Positions 26,214-39,277 are shown, numbered from the whole stretch's first letter. The stretch is 61,492 bases of DNA, filler included, from Sphacelaria rigidula (GCA_964200075.2; 10 parts of 10 records of this genome joined end to end with filler, not necessarily neighbours in it); one strand, 5' to 3'. Notes: generated by a model from the letters alone, not told the origin. Made by a program: numbers and translations.

Positions 26214-28433
26214 ATGACGGGCGTCGACGTCGTGGAGGTATCGGCGAACAGGGTTGGGATGACCGATGAAGTGAGCAAGGATTACGGCAACGAGTGTTTC
26301 TTCAAGAAGCCATCGTACGGTGTAGTGGGAAGTCGGATGGCGGAGTTCTGTGCCGATCACGCCAGGTCCGGGATGGTGGATGTGAGGATCAAGAAGTACG
26401 GCAACGAGGACTGCACCAAACTCCCATCGTTCGGTGTAGCGGGAAGTCGGAAGGCGCAGTTCTGTGTTGATCACGCCAGGCTGGGAATGGTGAATGTTGT
26501 GAGCAAGAGGTGCGGCAACGAGCGCTGCACCAAACTTCCGTCGTACGGTGTAGCGGGAAGTCGGAACTCGGAGTTCTGTGCCGACCACGCGAGAGTGGGG
26601 ATGGTGGATGTGAAGAGCAAGAAGTGCGGCAAAGAGGGCTGCACCAAACTCCCATCGTACGGTGTGGCGGGAAGTCGGAAGGCGGAGTTCTGTGCCGACC
26701 ACGCCAGGTCCGGAATGGTCGATGTGAGGAGCAAGAAGTGCGGCAGTGAGGGCTGCACCAAAAAACCATCGCATGGCGTAGCAGGGAATCGGAAGGCGGA
26801 GTTCTGTGCCGGCCACGCCAGGTCCGGAATGGTCGATGTGAGGAGCAAGAAGTGCGGCAACGAGCGCTGCACCAAAACACCATCGTATGGTGTAGCGGGA
26901 GGTCGGAAGGCGGAGTTCTGTGCCGGGCACGCCAGCCTGGGAATGGTAAATGTAGTGAGCAAGAAGTGCGGCAACGAGGGCTGCTCCAAACGACCATCGT
27001 ACGGTGTAGCGGGAAGTCGGTTGGCGGAGTTCTGTGCCGGGCACGCCAGGTCCGGAATGCTCGATGTGAAGAGCAAGAGGTGCGGCAACGAGGGCTGCTT
27101 CATACACCCATCGTACGGTGTAGCGGGAAGTCGGAAGGCGGAGTTCTGTACCGACCACGCCAGGTCCGGAATGGTCGATGTGAGGAACAAGAAGTGCGGA
27201 GACGAGGGCTGCTCCAAACACCCATCGTACGGTGTAGCAGGGAATCGGAAGGCGGAGTTCTGTGCCGGCCACGCCAGGTCCGGAATGATCGATGTGAGGA
27301 GCAAGAAGTGCGGCAACGAGCGCTGCACCAAACTCCCATTGTTCGGTGTAGCGGGTAGTCGGTTGGCGGAGTTCTGTGCCGACCACGCCAGGTCCGGAAT
27401 GGTGGATGTGAAGAGCAAGAAGTGCGGCAACGAGGGCTGCTCCAAACAACCATCGTACGGTGTAGCGGGAAGTCGGAAGGCGGAGTTCTGTGCCGACCAC
27501 GCCAGGTCCGGAATGGTCGATGTGGCGAGCAAGAGGTGCGGCCACGAGGGTTGCTCCAAAAAAGCATCTTATGGTGTAGCAGGGAATCGGAAGGCGGAAT
27601 TCTGTGCCGGCCACGCCAGGTCCGGAATGATCGATGTGAGGAGCAAGAAGTGCGGCAACGAGCGCTGCACCAAAAAACCATCGTATGGTGTAGCGGGAAG
27701 TCGGAAGTCGGAGTTTTGTGCCGACCACGCCAGGTCCGGAATGATGGATGTGAGGAGCAAGAAGTGCGGCAACGAGCGCTGCTCCAAAAAACCATCGTAC
27801 GGTGTAGCGGGAAGTCGGAAGGCGGGGTTCTGTGCCGATCGCGCCAGGGCGGGGGTGGCCAAGATCGTGAGTCACAAGTACGGTAACGAGGGTTGCTCGA
27901 ATCTCGAACAAGGTAACGTATGCGAACATGGCTTATCTCGAGCAACCAAAAGAGAGCAACATGGAGACATGTACGATGAACATTTCACGCAGGGCGGACA
28001 ACCCAAGCATTGCACGAGTCACGGGGGTGGTGCGTGTGATGTCGGGTTCGGCTCTGTTTTGCTCGTAACTTCCGAGCTCAATGGTTCGCAGCCTGCCAAG
28101 GGCGCCGAAAGAGGACCTCTGGGGATTAGGCCGCACGCGAGGGTGAAATCGGAAGAGTTTGCTCCCCTTCAGAGTCTCAAGAAGAGCCTGGGGAGGAGGG
28201 TTGGCGTGGTCACTTACTCTGATGAAGGTGGAGGCAGCAGGACTGGCAGTATTTCCAGCGATAGTTGTGATGGAAGAATGAAGAAGCGGATTCGCAAGAC
28301 GCCATCGATCGTTCGTGAACACTTCCGGCCAGAAGATGCTCGTGTGGATGCTTCTTCAGTGGTGTTCCAAGGAAAAGAGGAAGGCTTGAAGATGGAGCTG
28401 GCAGTTTCGGCTACGTTGCCCGACCTTGCGTAA
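26214..28433 (+). CDS. Intronless EsV-1-7 cysteine-rich repeat protein (739 aa; 14 full 38-aa C-C-C-H repeats plus a partial one)
   Basis: Consensus KKCGNEGCxKxPSYGVAGSRKAEFCADHARSGMVDVRS matches the EsV-1-7 repeat; 114-bp nucleotide period 26277-27872; first in-frame ATG 26214; basic patch RMKKRIRK in the tail. Confidence 0.93.
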   Translation: MTGVDVVEVSANRVGMTDEVSKDYGNECFFKKPSYGVVGSRMAEFCADHARSGMVDVRIKKYGNEDCTKLPSFGVAGSRKAQFCVDHARLGMVNVVSKRCGNERCTKLPSYGVAGSRNSEFCADHARVGMVDVKSKKCGKEGCTKLPSYGVAGSRKAEFCADHARSGMVDVRSKKCGSEGCTKKPSHGVAGNRKAEFCAGHARSGMVDVRSKKCGNERCTKTPSYGVAGGRKAEFCAGHASLGMVNVVSKKCGNEGCSKRPSYGVAGSRLAEFCAGHARSGMLDVKSKRCGNEGCFIHPSYGVAGSRKAEFCTDHARSGMVDVRNKKCGDEGCSKHPSYGVAGNRKAEFCAGHARSGMIDVRSKKCGNERCTKLPLFGVAGSRLAEFCADHARSGMVDVKSKKCGNEGCSKQPSYGVAGSRKAEFCADHARSGMVDVASKRCGHEGCSKKASYGVAGNRKAEFCAGHARSGMIDVRSKKCGNERCTKKPSYGVAGSRKSEFCADHARSGMMDVRSKKCGNERCSKKPSYGVAGSRKAGFCADRARAGVAKIVSHKYGNEGCSNLEQGNVCEHGLSRATKREQHGDMYDEHFTQGGQPKHCTSHGGGACDVGFGSVLLVTSELNGSQPAKGAERGPLGIRPHARVKSEEFAPLQSLKKSLGRRVGVVTYSDEGGGSRTGSISSDSCDGRMKKRIRKTPSIVREHFRPEDARVDASSVVFQGKEEGLKMELAVSATLPDLA

Positions 28434-30394
28434 GTGTTTTCAGGACGAACGAGAGGTGGCGTTATTCTGACATGCTTGCTGCACGCCGACCTGCAGCTCA
28501 GCGCCAGTTTTGCCGGAAGAGTTTGGTGGTATATTTGCATTCGCCGCCGCAGCCCCCGTTTTCGTGCGTATCTTCGCGGCAGTGGAGCTGTTCTTGTGTG
28601 ACCATGGTGATGCCTGCGCCAGAGTTCTGTTGTACCAGTTGGGGTCTTGGTGAAAAAAGCAGTTCGCGCAAGTGTGTGCCCTTGTTGTTGTAGCGGGTAT
28701 GAACGCTGTAATGCCTGTCCTGTTGACTGGCACACGTACCGTGTACCGCAATACATTCATGCGTGAGGTGCTGCTTTGCTGTGAGTACTGTACCAGCTCC
28801 CTGGCCTCTATGTTTGCTGGGAACAAATCCTGTATTGCCAATGGAACAAGCGGCTTGTCAAGGATGTCACATGTTCGTAAGAAAGCGAATGACTTTTGCA
28901 CTTCCCAGCTCCCAACACTTGGCAAAGTGGACATGTGTGTCAAAGGTGTCAGACGGCTGAGCGAAGGGTGTAGTCGTGGTATCGCTGGTCAGGGACAGGT
29001 ATATACAGCAGACTTTGGCGTTAGTGGCAAGTGAATACAGGAAGAACTTGAAACTCTTCATCAGGTCGATAGCAGCTTGGGCAGTACTTCCGCGGTCGGA
29101 ACGGGGTTCATCCGTTCAACATCCGTCGTTGTCACCACCCCGTTCTCCTCTCGCTGTTTATGGTCGTTGTTGGGGCAACAACAGTATTTCGGAGGGACAT
29201 TGTTAGTAGAAACAAAAAAACGCGCGAAGACAAGAGCTCGAGAAAAAGTGTGCAAATAATAAATTCAGTCATACCCGCCTACACGATATTTTCCTCTGCA
29301 GTTTTCAGACAAAACTAACGAGGTGACATGTGTAGTGATATGCATTGGGCACACCGTACGAAAGCTGGCGACTGTAGCTTTCCAACGGTGGTGGTTTCGT
29401 CCTCAGGCGTATCGTGCAGCATGCAAGTTCATGTTGATGATGATAGCACTGTTGTTTGTACAGGGGGAAAAATACCGCCCCCACATCCCTAAAAAACACG
29501 CAACCGACATTCCAATTTTCAAATTGGTTGTTGTCTCAGGCTATTCCAGATTCGGCAATAGATTTCTGACAGAAAACACTCGTATTTTTGGGAATACTTT
29601 AAAAAAACAAGGAGAGCTGTTCGACCAACTGCTCAAAACATCACGCCACTATATGAAGTACAGGGTAGTACACTGAACACAAAACATCTCTGCAGTGATT
29701 TATGGAGTGCGAGTACTACTCTGAACATACGACGACACGGCGTTCTGCAGTACCCTGGCGGTGTAGTATATCCGCACTGTGCTGTGCGTCGCTCCTTTAA
29801 TTGGAGCATGGGGTCTGGCCCAGCCGGTCGAGCGGTGTATGCTGGTGCTGGTTGCGTGCCTTTACCCAGCCGTGTTCGGTATCGCGCTTATCATGGGTCC
29901 GGGTTACATGCAATTTCAACAGTCAAGTGTGTACATAGCGCTGCGCCGTGACTGATACTATATGTTACAGGGAGATGAACACAACAATACGGCACATCAA
30001 GCAATCTCAGCGGAGACCAAACCGTCATCGCAAGGTCGAAACACACCCCAGAACAGTGATAACTACAGCACATGAGAGCGCAGGCATTCCACAAATCAAT
30101 GTTTTTCCGACGAAAAGAAGGGATGTGTCTCCAACTTTCAAGCTACGCAAAAACGATCTGCACGCAGGTTGAGAAATGCGGCGGGTGTGAAGTGGTCGTT
30201 TGTCCAAGCAGTCCCCCCCACCACCCCCCTCGCCCGCCACATTTTCGCTACAAAACTACTCGTCGTTCAAATCTGCTGCGTGGGCTCCGGATATCAGGTT
30301 GGGGTGGATCCATATTTCCGAGGGATGTTAACCAGACGGTCGGAAAAAATGGTTGACACGAATAATGAGGTGCCCACAACAGACGTCGGCATAG

Positions 30395-30633
30395 TTGAGT
30401 TATCCTACGATAGGGGGGGGGGGATTTGATTGCACAAAAAAAAGGGCTAATATGTGTGTCAAACGACCTACCACACTCGCGATGCGCTTGTATTTGGTTC
30501 AAAACGGTGTCAATCGGTATGGATGAGCGTTATTTTTCTATAACAAGCTCATTCGAGCAATCGTTGCTGATTTCAACAGCGATTTGCCTTGGATTTTCGT
30601 GCAAGAAGTGGCCCAAAATATCCCCCCCCCCTA
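30395..30633. repeat. Dispersed MITE-like repeat with G-run/C-run inverted ends; second copy ~53279-53518. Adjacent ~30320-30392 matches ~48270-48340
   Basis: ATCCTACGATAGGGGGGG..ATTTGATTGCAC...TTGGTTCAAAACGGTGTCAATCGGT...CCCAAAATA.CCCCCCCTA in both copies. Confidence 0.85.
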
Positions 30634-30798
30634 TTTGGCCAGAGACGGCGAAACTGGACGGGGATAAGATATGTAAGAGGTTCTTGTGTAATGTATGGNN
30701 NNNNNNNNNNNNNNNNNNNNNNNNNNNNNNNNNNNNNNNNNNTTAATTAATTAANNNNNNNNNNNNNNNNNNNNNNNNNNNNNNNNNNNNNNNNNNNN

Positions 30799-33030
30799 AT
30801 GTTTACAGTCTACTATACAGGGTCATTATCCACCCTGTAACATCCCCCCTCAATAGATTTGCCAAGTGTTTTACCAGGCATCACTTATTGGGTAGAGACC
30901 AGCGCAATCGATCGAAGGCCGTGTGAAATGGAAGGAGGAAACTCCACTCACACCTCTATGGTTGGGAATACGGGATAGAGGCCCGTTTCGGCTGCACCCA
31001 ATTTTCGGCTGAACCCATGGGACTCGGAAACATTCTCATCTCCGGTAGCGTATCCGAGCTTGAGTGCTCGTTCCCTCTTGTTTAACCCTGCGTTGGGTTC
31101 TGCACCTGTGAGGCACTCACGCGGGAGGATACGCGTCTGATGGCGTAGGTTCAGTGACGAGGTGTGTTGGGTATCACTTACTTCGAAAATTCTAGTTTAC
31201 GCATTTCCCTTCTGCTGAACTCCAACCACTCACCGTTCGGGTATTCCACTCGCCAGTATGGATCAAGGTAATCATATACCCCGCTTATCCCTACTCCTTC
31301 GCCTACTCCGTCGTCCGCAGAACGTCTCACCTGTGTTCCTATCGGGTACATGATCAGCGCCTCGTCCCTGCCTTTCGTCTGTGTGGACTCGTCCCTGTTA
31401 CATCGTGGGTAGGGTCTCACCGACGGGTGATACATATCCCATATGGCATGAAACACATCTAGTTCGGGGGGGGGAAAGCTGTCCAACACTTCCGCTTCCG
31501 TCAGCCAGTCGGATTCCTGTCCATCCTGGTACCTGCCTTTATACTCCCACACCGTTGGTGTAGGTGCCGTAGTTGTACTCTTCCTGTTCGTTAGTGTGTA
31601 CAGAGATGAGGCTACTGTAGAGATGTCAGCGAGTCCTAGGTCCGGTCCCCAAGCTAGCTGGGCGAACTCATCCTCCATTGCGTGTCTCAGTTCAGGTCGA
31701 CGTTGATGAAACGGTTCAAGAGCCGTGGTGGAGACGGTCCTGTGGCATAGTTTCCTTCCTTGCATCGATACCTCTACACTGATTCCGGGAATAGGGGTTG
31801 CTGTTACCTCCCACGGTCCCGTCCATTTTTCGTTTGTTAGTTTTTGGTGCTGACCATCCCTATGCAACGTAATTTCTAGATTTCGAACTAGCATCAGATC
31901 TCCTATTTTAGCCGACGTTCCTGGGGAGTGCCTTGTGATTTTTGTGTCAAGTCTCTGTCTTTCTTTTCCCTGTTTGTCTTCTGGGACTACCCTAACCTGA
32001 TGTGGTTCGTGTCAATATTTGTTTCACAAAATTCTCCAGACATAACGCGGTGTCAGTGCCGCTTATTTGTCGTTCACGCGTGTTTGGGGCAGCCGGGAGA
32101 GTACGGTTAAAGAGTATTTGAAATAAGGCATGTTGGAAGGGACGGATGGATCTGGAAGTGTACGTTTGGTCCAACACGTTGAGTATACGTCCCCGTCCCA
32201 CTTGTCCGTACCCTCTCAACGGTACTTTGACATTCTGGGTGATTTGCGGGACGGTAGTCCATCGATACCTTAAGTCATCTACATAAATATCTCACTCATG
32301 CTGCTGCGGGCTCCCCCCTTTTTGGCTGCAAATTAGTCTAGGCATAACGGAGGTTCGACACAGGATCAAGAATAGAATGCGGGCCACCGGTATCGATTCT
32401 TTCGTCGGTCGGGGGTAGGCAGGATGTTTCAGTGCCCAGTCAATGACCTGTGGTATGTATCGAATACCGGATGTACACATGCAGTGAGTGTGCTGGAAGT
32501 CGATCTCCAAATCAGGGCTACAAAAGGCAACTCTTTACCATCGTTATAAGTTGAGACCGGCCTTTTCCCAGCGTCTACACCCGTATGATCGAGCGTACTC
32601 GAGGTAGTCTCTGTTCGTGCTGTTTGGGCAGAAATGACCCTGCAAAATAGCATGGTGTGTGTTAATTCAATGTGCGCGTATTTAGTGTGTATCAGTGTTG
32701 TCAGGTCACAAATCAGTTGTCGCTGGCTGACTAAAGTTGACATATGGTCATTACCGGTACCCACAGCAGACACTAATCGTCCCTGATGTAGCACTCTGGA
32801 TAACGTTCTTCGAGTCTTCCCTCTTCGTGTATCGTTGAATAGAGCAACTCATGTTCGGTTAAGTTGGCGACTGTTGTTTCTTTTCTCTACCCCCCCCTTC
32901 TTCTTCTTTTTTCTTGCCACTAAATTTCAACAACTGCACTGGATAAATGGGGGGAAAGTGCTGATAGCGTTGGGGGTTTTGGATATGAAACTAAACCAAT
33001 TCGGAGCACAAACCTCAGGTGTTCAACATT
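30799..33030 (-). mobile_element. Decayed Ty3/Gypsy retrotransposon: integrase with GPY/F and chromo-like tail, PPT, start of 3' LTR at 30842
   Basis: ORF 31894-31178 KWTGPWEV...WEYKGRYQDGQESDWLTEAE; degraded HHCC region (IHTKYAH..YGCRR..LEIDFQ) at ~32500-32700; PPT GAGGGGGGA directly before TGTTACAGGG. Confidence 0.85.
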
Positions 33031-36000
33031 CCTGACAAATTACTGCAGTAAGCGGCTATATCTGGTTCAACAATTGCAGACACGAAACACTATTGGGCGG
33101 ATCGTTCTCAAATCTTGTGAACAGTATAGCCAAATGATAACATACCTACCCAAACCCCAAGCGCATGGGCTGTAAGATAGCAACTAGAAATGCTCGATGG
33201 ATAGATCTGGGATACATTTACAGCAAAAAAGCACCTGAGTTGACCTAATGTAACAAGATATTGTGCCGTATACTAGTATTTCAACGATCGGTCGTCCCGA
33301 TAAAGTCACGATACGGTCTTGATATACCACACAGTTCAAGAAAAGACGGTTGTCATTCGTGAGTGTGAAGGTACAGTGAGAACAGCATAATAAAATAAAT
33401 GAAATCTAGAAGCATCCACGCTCGAGATAAACATTGCAACACCAGAGTGAAGCGTGGCACGCAATATGGACTATTGGCGGGAGCGACTGTTACGAAAGCT
33501 ATTATCATAGCCCTTGGCAATATGAGATAAGATACGCAATGTTTAGTCACAACTAACAGTTAGTCCTGTTACGTAAACAAAAGATGTAGAGCAATCACCC
33601 AACCGAGCGAACCACTAATTGTTTTCAACGCGGACACATACCGTCCTCGATGTACCATGCTTCCGCGTCCCGGCGTGGCCTGGTGGGGGAAGAACGGTCG
33701 CCATCGCAGTTAGCACCGTTTCTCTCGTGATGACACATATACCCAGGACAAGGGTATGGGGTAGAGGTCAACACAAGTTGGGAGCACTGAGTACATGAAG
33801 ATAAGAGCATGCCCTGGTCACCAGGTCTTGTCACTCCTGTCGCATATCGACTCGTTCCGTGTCGAGCACTGAATTCGACACATGACTTGTCATATAAATA
33901 AGGGTACGAAAAGGGCTCCATCATCCAATGCAATAAGTACAGACATATCAGTAAGCGACGAAATGTACGTGTGTAGAATATGTATTGCGAATAGAATCCT
34001 AAAATACAAAAAATGCGAAACCCATGAGATCGTGTATATCCCCGAACCAAAACGGTCACCGCTAAAATGATATCCGGTGATGCAGCACCAGCGAAAACAC
34101 AATGGTGACAAACACAATCACGATTAAATATTCTTAGCAAGGTTGAGCACAATATACAATGTCACAGTACCCCAAAAGCTAAACTGTCACCGCAAGGATG
34201 AAACCCTGTGGTGTACGGGCAGCGAGAGCGTCGGTAAGGTGTGAAGCCGGACGCAGGGGTCGTCGCGGGAGAAAGCCGAAGAGCATTGCGGATGAGTGGC
34301 AATTCAGCATGTATTGTGGTCATCACATGTGCTCTTCTCCAGAGTTTCAGTGCTCGTGATCGTACTATTTTTTATCTCCCCTTTTTTATTTTTCAAATGG
34401 TCGAACAATCTTGGCACTAGGGCTTGAGGATAAAACTGCCAGTACATGTTGCTACGATACCCTCCCGGTTCTGTCCCCCGTCTCGGCTCGTACCTGAACT
34501 GGATGATATTACCTGTGTTGCTTGACGGACTCCTGGGTGTCTTGTTGCGTGTGTCGTGTTGTGCTCTAGGTCGCATGTATAATCGTGCTGTGGTGCGGTA
34601 CCGACAATGGTATGGTTCGCGGTACTCACAGAAGGGCTCTGGGACGCTACTAAACGAGTAAAATTTCCACTCAAGTCGGTGCTTACTCAGCCGGTGATAT
34701 TTAGTCTGAGTCTGAGTGGGTCGTGTATCGACGTCAACAAAAAGAAGGTAGAAATCAAGAGTGAGGTTAAAACAAAACGCCAAAATAAAAATAAAATGAA
34801 ACGCTGCGTGAGGATTGCTTGCGGCAAACGATCCTGAATAATGGTTTACTTTGTGCGGGGCATGAGCCATTTCCTTTTTTCTTCTTTTTTATTTTTTGCT
34901 GTGATCAGTGGTCTGTTGATCGCGTTGCCCGACACAGAATGTTGTCATGTTAGCTGTTGAAATTGATTGACGTTTCATGGTTGTTGATGGGATGAGTGAG
35001 CATCGTGTGTTACATGCCGGTTCAGAGGAGAACAATGACCTAGGTGCATGTCGTTTCATTATCATTCATGTCCAAGAAGGGAAGAAAAATGAGGAAAGAG
35101 AAAAAGAGAAAAAGAAAGAAGGAACTGAGCTCATGTCTCGCATAAAAAAAACCTTCATTAGTTCCGATTAGTCTCGCAAGCAATCAACGTACCCCTGTTC
35201 GGGCAATATTGTGCATGGAAGAATACGCGTTGCATTGGATGTGAGTCAAGTCGATCGTTGTGTCCGTTACACTGTCGTATGAGCTATGTGGGGACTCATT
35301 TGTAATAGACACTCATGCGCTTATAGCCTGAAAAGAAGGAACCTCCTGCACGTGGATGGTTGGGGGGGAAATACGGCGTGATGGGTCACTTGTGGGAGAG
35401 TACAACCGGATATACCGTTCTCTGTGTGGGAGTTACGACCAATTTTTCCGATGGCGGCGGCGATTACTGTTATTTTGTACATTGCATGTGTGGTGTATTT
35501 CGACATTTGGGTTAACATTTCATGTTGATGGATTCGTTGAGTGTGCACCATGTGGGTAGCATGCATAGATAAACATGAGGTTTGTAATGAGTCTCTTTTC
35601 ATGCGAAAGCTGATCGTCGCCGCTGCCTGGGAAAGTATGTTCGTCGACTCGAACAAAAAAAAGGATACATCCGTTATGTTTAGTCCGCGCGAGTAACCAG
35701 TTGATTTGAATATGCCTGGGTAGTGTTCTAGTTTTTGAAGCTGGAACGATGTCCCAAAATCTGCTGTGCACAAACGGTTCTCATCATGCTGCTCTGTATT
35801 ATCCGTGTAGTCTATAGTTGCACCGCACATGATTGACTTGCCAGTCGTGTGAGAACACAGAGCCGTGGGTAATTATCAGTCACCGTCGCTTACCTCAGCT
35901 CGATGTTTCTCGAGATACACTGCCGGCTCATCGACTTAGCTTGCATACTGTAGTACAGTGTACCGATTACTCGTATCGATCAGTAAGAAGGAATGTATGA

Positions 36001-36324
36001 GTGTTTGTGTGCGGGGGAACAACAGATTGTGGCAGTGGAACCTGGTTCGTGCCCGACACGTGTACCAGCCCTGCGACGTTGATGCTGGATAAGCAGGATG
36101 GCCAGGAAAGGTAACCCCGCCACCACTGGCAAGGTTCGTTGTATGCCTTTGTTTCCTAGGGCGATGTCTTATGCGACCACGTCCAAATCATGTGAGATAA
36201 CTGGTGTGTCTACCATGATCGTAAGCCAGCAACAACAAACATTTGCGGACCCTGTAGGGCAGTTTTCCAAGACTTTGATAAGCATAAATCTGACCCTGGA
36301 CCCGCACATTGTGCTGCTGTGAGG

Positions 36325-36680
36325 CAGACAGCTGCTACCAACAGTCACTGAGGATATAGAAGCTTCGTGCTGGTTCAATCTTTTTGCCTCAACCTGCATG
36401 CACCTGCCTTGCGTGTCTCCTGCTGTACAACGAGTATACAGTAGTTACTGCAGACCGAACACACAGCCGCATACCCTTTATCTGATTGTTTGAAACTTCT
36501 GCCGCATTTTAACCCCACCCCAGTTTTGTGCGGACGGAAACAGAGCATGCAGTAGTACAACTGGTCACGCACTCTTCAGCGCGCATCGCGCCGAGGTCGC
36601 CGTAGAGATTTTAGATGCACTACAGCGCAACGGCGACTACAATATACGAAAGACGAGTTGCGGCAGCGGGTTGTGCATTT
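36325..36680 (+). repeat. Unclassified dispersed repeat; diverged second copy ~47505-47865
   Basis: Colinear blocks AGACAGCTGCTACC, CGTGCTGG, CAACCTGCA.GCACC.GCCT.GCGTGTCTCC, CCCACCCCA.TT.TGTGC, GTAGAG..TTTAGATGC. Confidence 0.8.
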
Positions 36681-36957
36681 GACCCGGGGCGCAACCTCTT
36701 GTACACCATGATGGTTGAGGGGTTGTGACAAGACAGTACGAAACAAAGTCCACTTCACTGCGGGCCGGGCTGCGGTCTACATTTCATCCGGCGAACCGCA
36801 CGCTGAGTGCGTGCGTTTGTCTCTCCTGCTCTCTCGGTTGGACACCATGTCGCAGAANNNNNNNNNNNNNNNNNNNNNNNNNNNNNNNNNNNNNNNNNNN
36901 NTTAATTAATTAANNNNNNNNNNNNNNNNNNNNNNNNNNNNNNNNNNNNNNNNNNNN

Positions 36958-39277
36958 GGCCTACTGCAGGTGGCAGCGACCGTCCAAGCTGCTACCGAAA
37001 TGTGAGAGTTGCTTTATGTCGGTCCTTCGAGTGACCACCCGCGTGATTGTCATAGAGTACTTACGAGGGCTAGGACTATTCAGGAAACGAGAGATGTGAC
37101 ATGGAAGACGTTGCCGTGACAGCTCCCTCCACCGCAACCTCCTCTGCATATTGAGATCGCGGAGAGGGAGGGGAGGAAAGTGACGACGATGTAGAAGCTG
37201 AAGTATGGCCGCTTGCAGGAAGGGGAATTCAGCACATTCGTATTCGTTTGAATCGTGATGCAGTGTTACCCTATGGTGCAGGACTCGATTAGGTTGGCAG
37301 TGTTGATGCAGGCAGTGTAGGCCAGCCCCCTTCTGTTCCATCTCCCCCCTCTGCACCGTCTTCGCCCATGAACAACTCCTCTAGTATAACTGCTCCCTCA
37401 GTGTCTTCTCCAGAAATTGAGACAGACGGGGGGGGGGGCACGAAGGGCAGGAGACAGGGGAAGTAGAGACGGCGGATCCGGGAGGGGATGATGAGGCAAA
37501 GCCGATTGGGCCGAAGGAAGTAGAGGCGGAGGCACCTCCTCCAGCCGCTCGTCGTCCGCGGCATGTCGCTGAGCTTGCTAATTTAAATACTGATGCGTGT
37601 GAGAATGATGAAGTAAGAAACGGTAGAACTCGAGCGTAAACTCGTGAAGAATGTTGAGTCAGAGCCTGGTAGCTATCAAGAAGCTCGGCATTCGAAGCAC
37701 GCGAAAAATTGGGATGGAGCCATGTCTGCAGAAGTTGAAGGCCTGATAAAAGCAGGAACGTTCACGTTAGCAGTAACGATCCCAGTAGGCTGTAATGTGA
37801 TTGATGCTAGATAGGTTTTCAAAAAGAAAGCAGACGAAACACGGAAGATAGTGAAGGCCAAGGCTAGGCTTGTAGCGAAGGGCTTCAAGCAGAAGTATGG
37901 TGTGGACTATATTGAAACTTTCTCGCCTACTGCAAATGTTGCATCGATGCGAATGCTAGTAGTATTGGCGTGCAAGTACAACTTGGAATTACTCCACTGG
38001 GATATTGAGCAAGCGTTTGTTCAGTCGGAATTGGATCACGAGGTGTTCATGAAGTTGCCTCCTGGCTTTCGATGTCAGGAATGTTGTCCGTTTGAACAAG
38101 AATTTGTACGGATTGAAACAGGCATCTAGAACATTTTACAAGAGGCTAGTGTCGGACCCGAAAATGATTGGTTTCCAGCAGTCTCTGTCTGATCCCTGTG
38201 TCCTGCGTTTCATGATGGGAAACGATGTGGTGGGTATGGTCATGATTCACGTCGATGACAATCTGTATGCAAGAACTAAGAGTCTTGCCAAGGTGATTGT
38301 GAAATCGCTAGGCGACTCTATTCCGACGAAGATTTTTGGTGAGATAAAGTTCTCTCTTGGTTGCGAATTTATTCGCGACTGCGAGGCTGACACGATTGAG
38401 GTTTTTCAAGAAAGTTACATCACGAGTGTTCTCGAGAGATTTAACATTCGTCGCACCGGCTCGATCCCTGCTTCCCTTGCCAACGATAACAGGTCCTTGA
38501 TGGAGGATGAGGGGGCAGGAGATGTGCCGTTCTGAGAGGTGGTGGGGAGTCTGATGTGGATCGCCAACCAGACAAGGCCCGATATCTCGAATGATGTGCG
38601 GGTGGTGGCGAGGCACTCTCACGAGCCAAGAAGAGTCACTGGAAGGCAGCCCAGAAGATCCTGAATTATCTTCTGGAAACGGCACATCTAACTCTGAAGT
38701 TCAAGCAGGACAGTACGGTAGACGTAGGCACGATGATATACGTAGATGCTGACTTTGCAAGCAAGGCCACTGACTGTAGATCAGTTTCGGGAGCGTTGGT
38801 TTTTGTGGCTGCCATGCTTGTACTTTGGATTTCTAGGACGCAGAAATGCGTTTCACAGTCGACATTTGACGCAGAGTATCTTGCGATGGGTGATGGTGGG
38901 AAGAAGGCTCTGTTTGTGAACGGAATGCTTCAGTTCTTGAGGCCTAGTGTGAAGCCTCGTAAGATTGAAGTACTTGAGGACAACAAGGGTGCGATTGGGC
39001 TTGCAGAGAATCCGTTTAGCTCGTGTAGGAGTAAGCACATTGACGTGAGGCATCACTTTCTTGGGAATTTGACCGAGGAGGGTGTGATCGAGATCACGCA
39101 TGTTCCCAGCAAAGAACAGCATGCGGACTTCCTCACGAAGTTTCTGCCGAGAGATCTGTTTGAAGTTCACCGTGACTCTGCCCTTGGCTTGAAAAATGAG
39201 AAGTAGAAGTCTGAGTAATAATTTCGTTTCGCATCATATATATTTGGTCTGGTAGATACATCAGCCTCAAGGGAGGG
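36958..39277 (+). mobile_element. Ty1/Copia pol 3' half (RT and RNase H, frameshifted) ending in PPT
   Basis: KARLVAKGFKQKYGVDY.ETFSP, WDIEQAF, LYGLKQASR, IHVDD, YVDADFA, EDNKGAI, RSKHIDVRHHF, ADFLTK; PPT AAGGGAGGG 39269-39277. Confidence 0.96.

Noticed and set aside
26205..27945. Long antisense and alternate-frame ORFs (574, 362, 281 aa)
   Set aside because: Shadows of the GC-rich 114-bp repeat array
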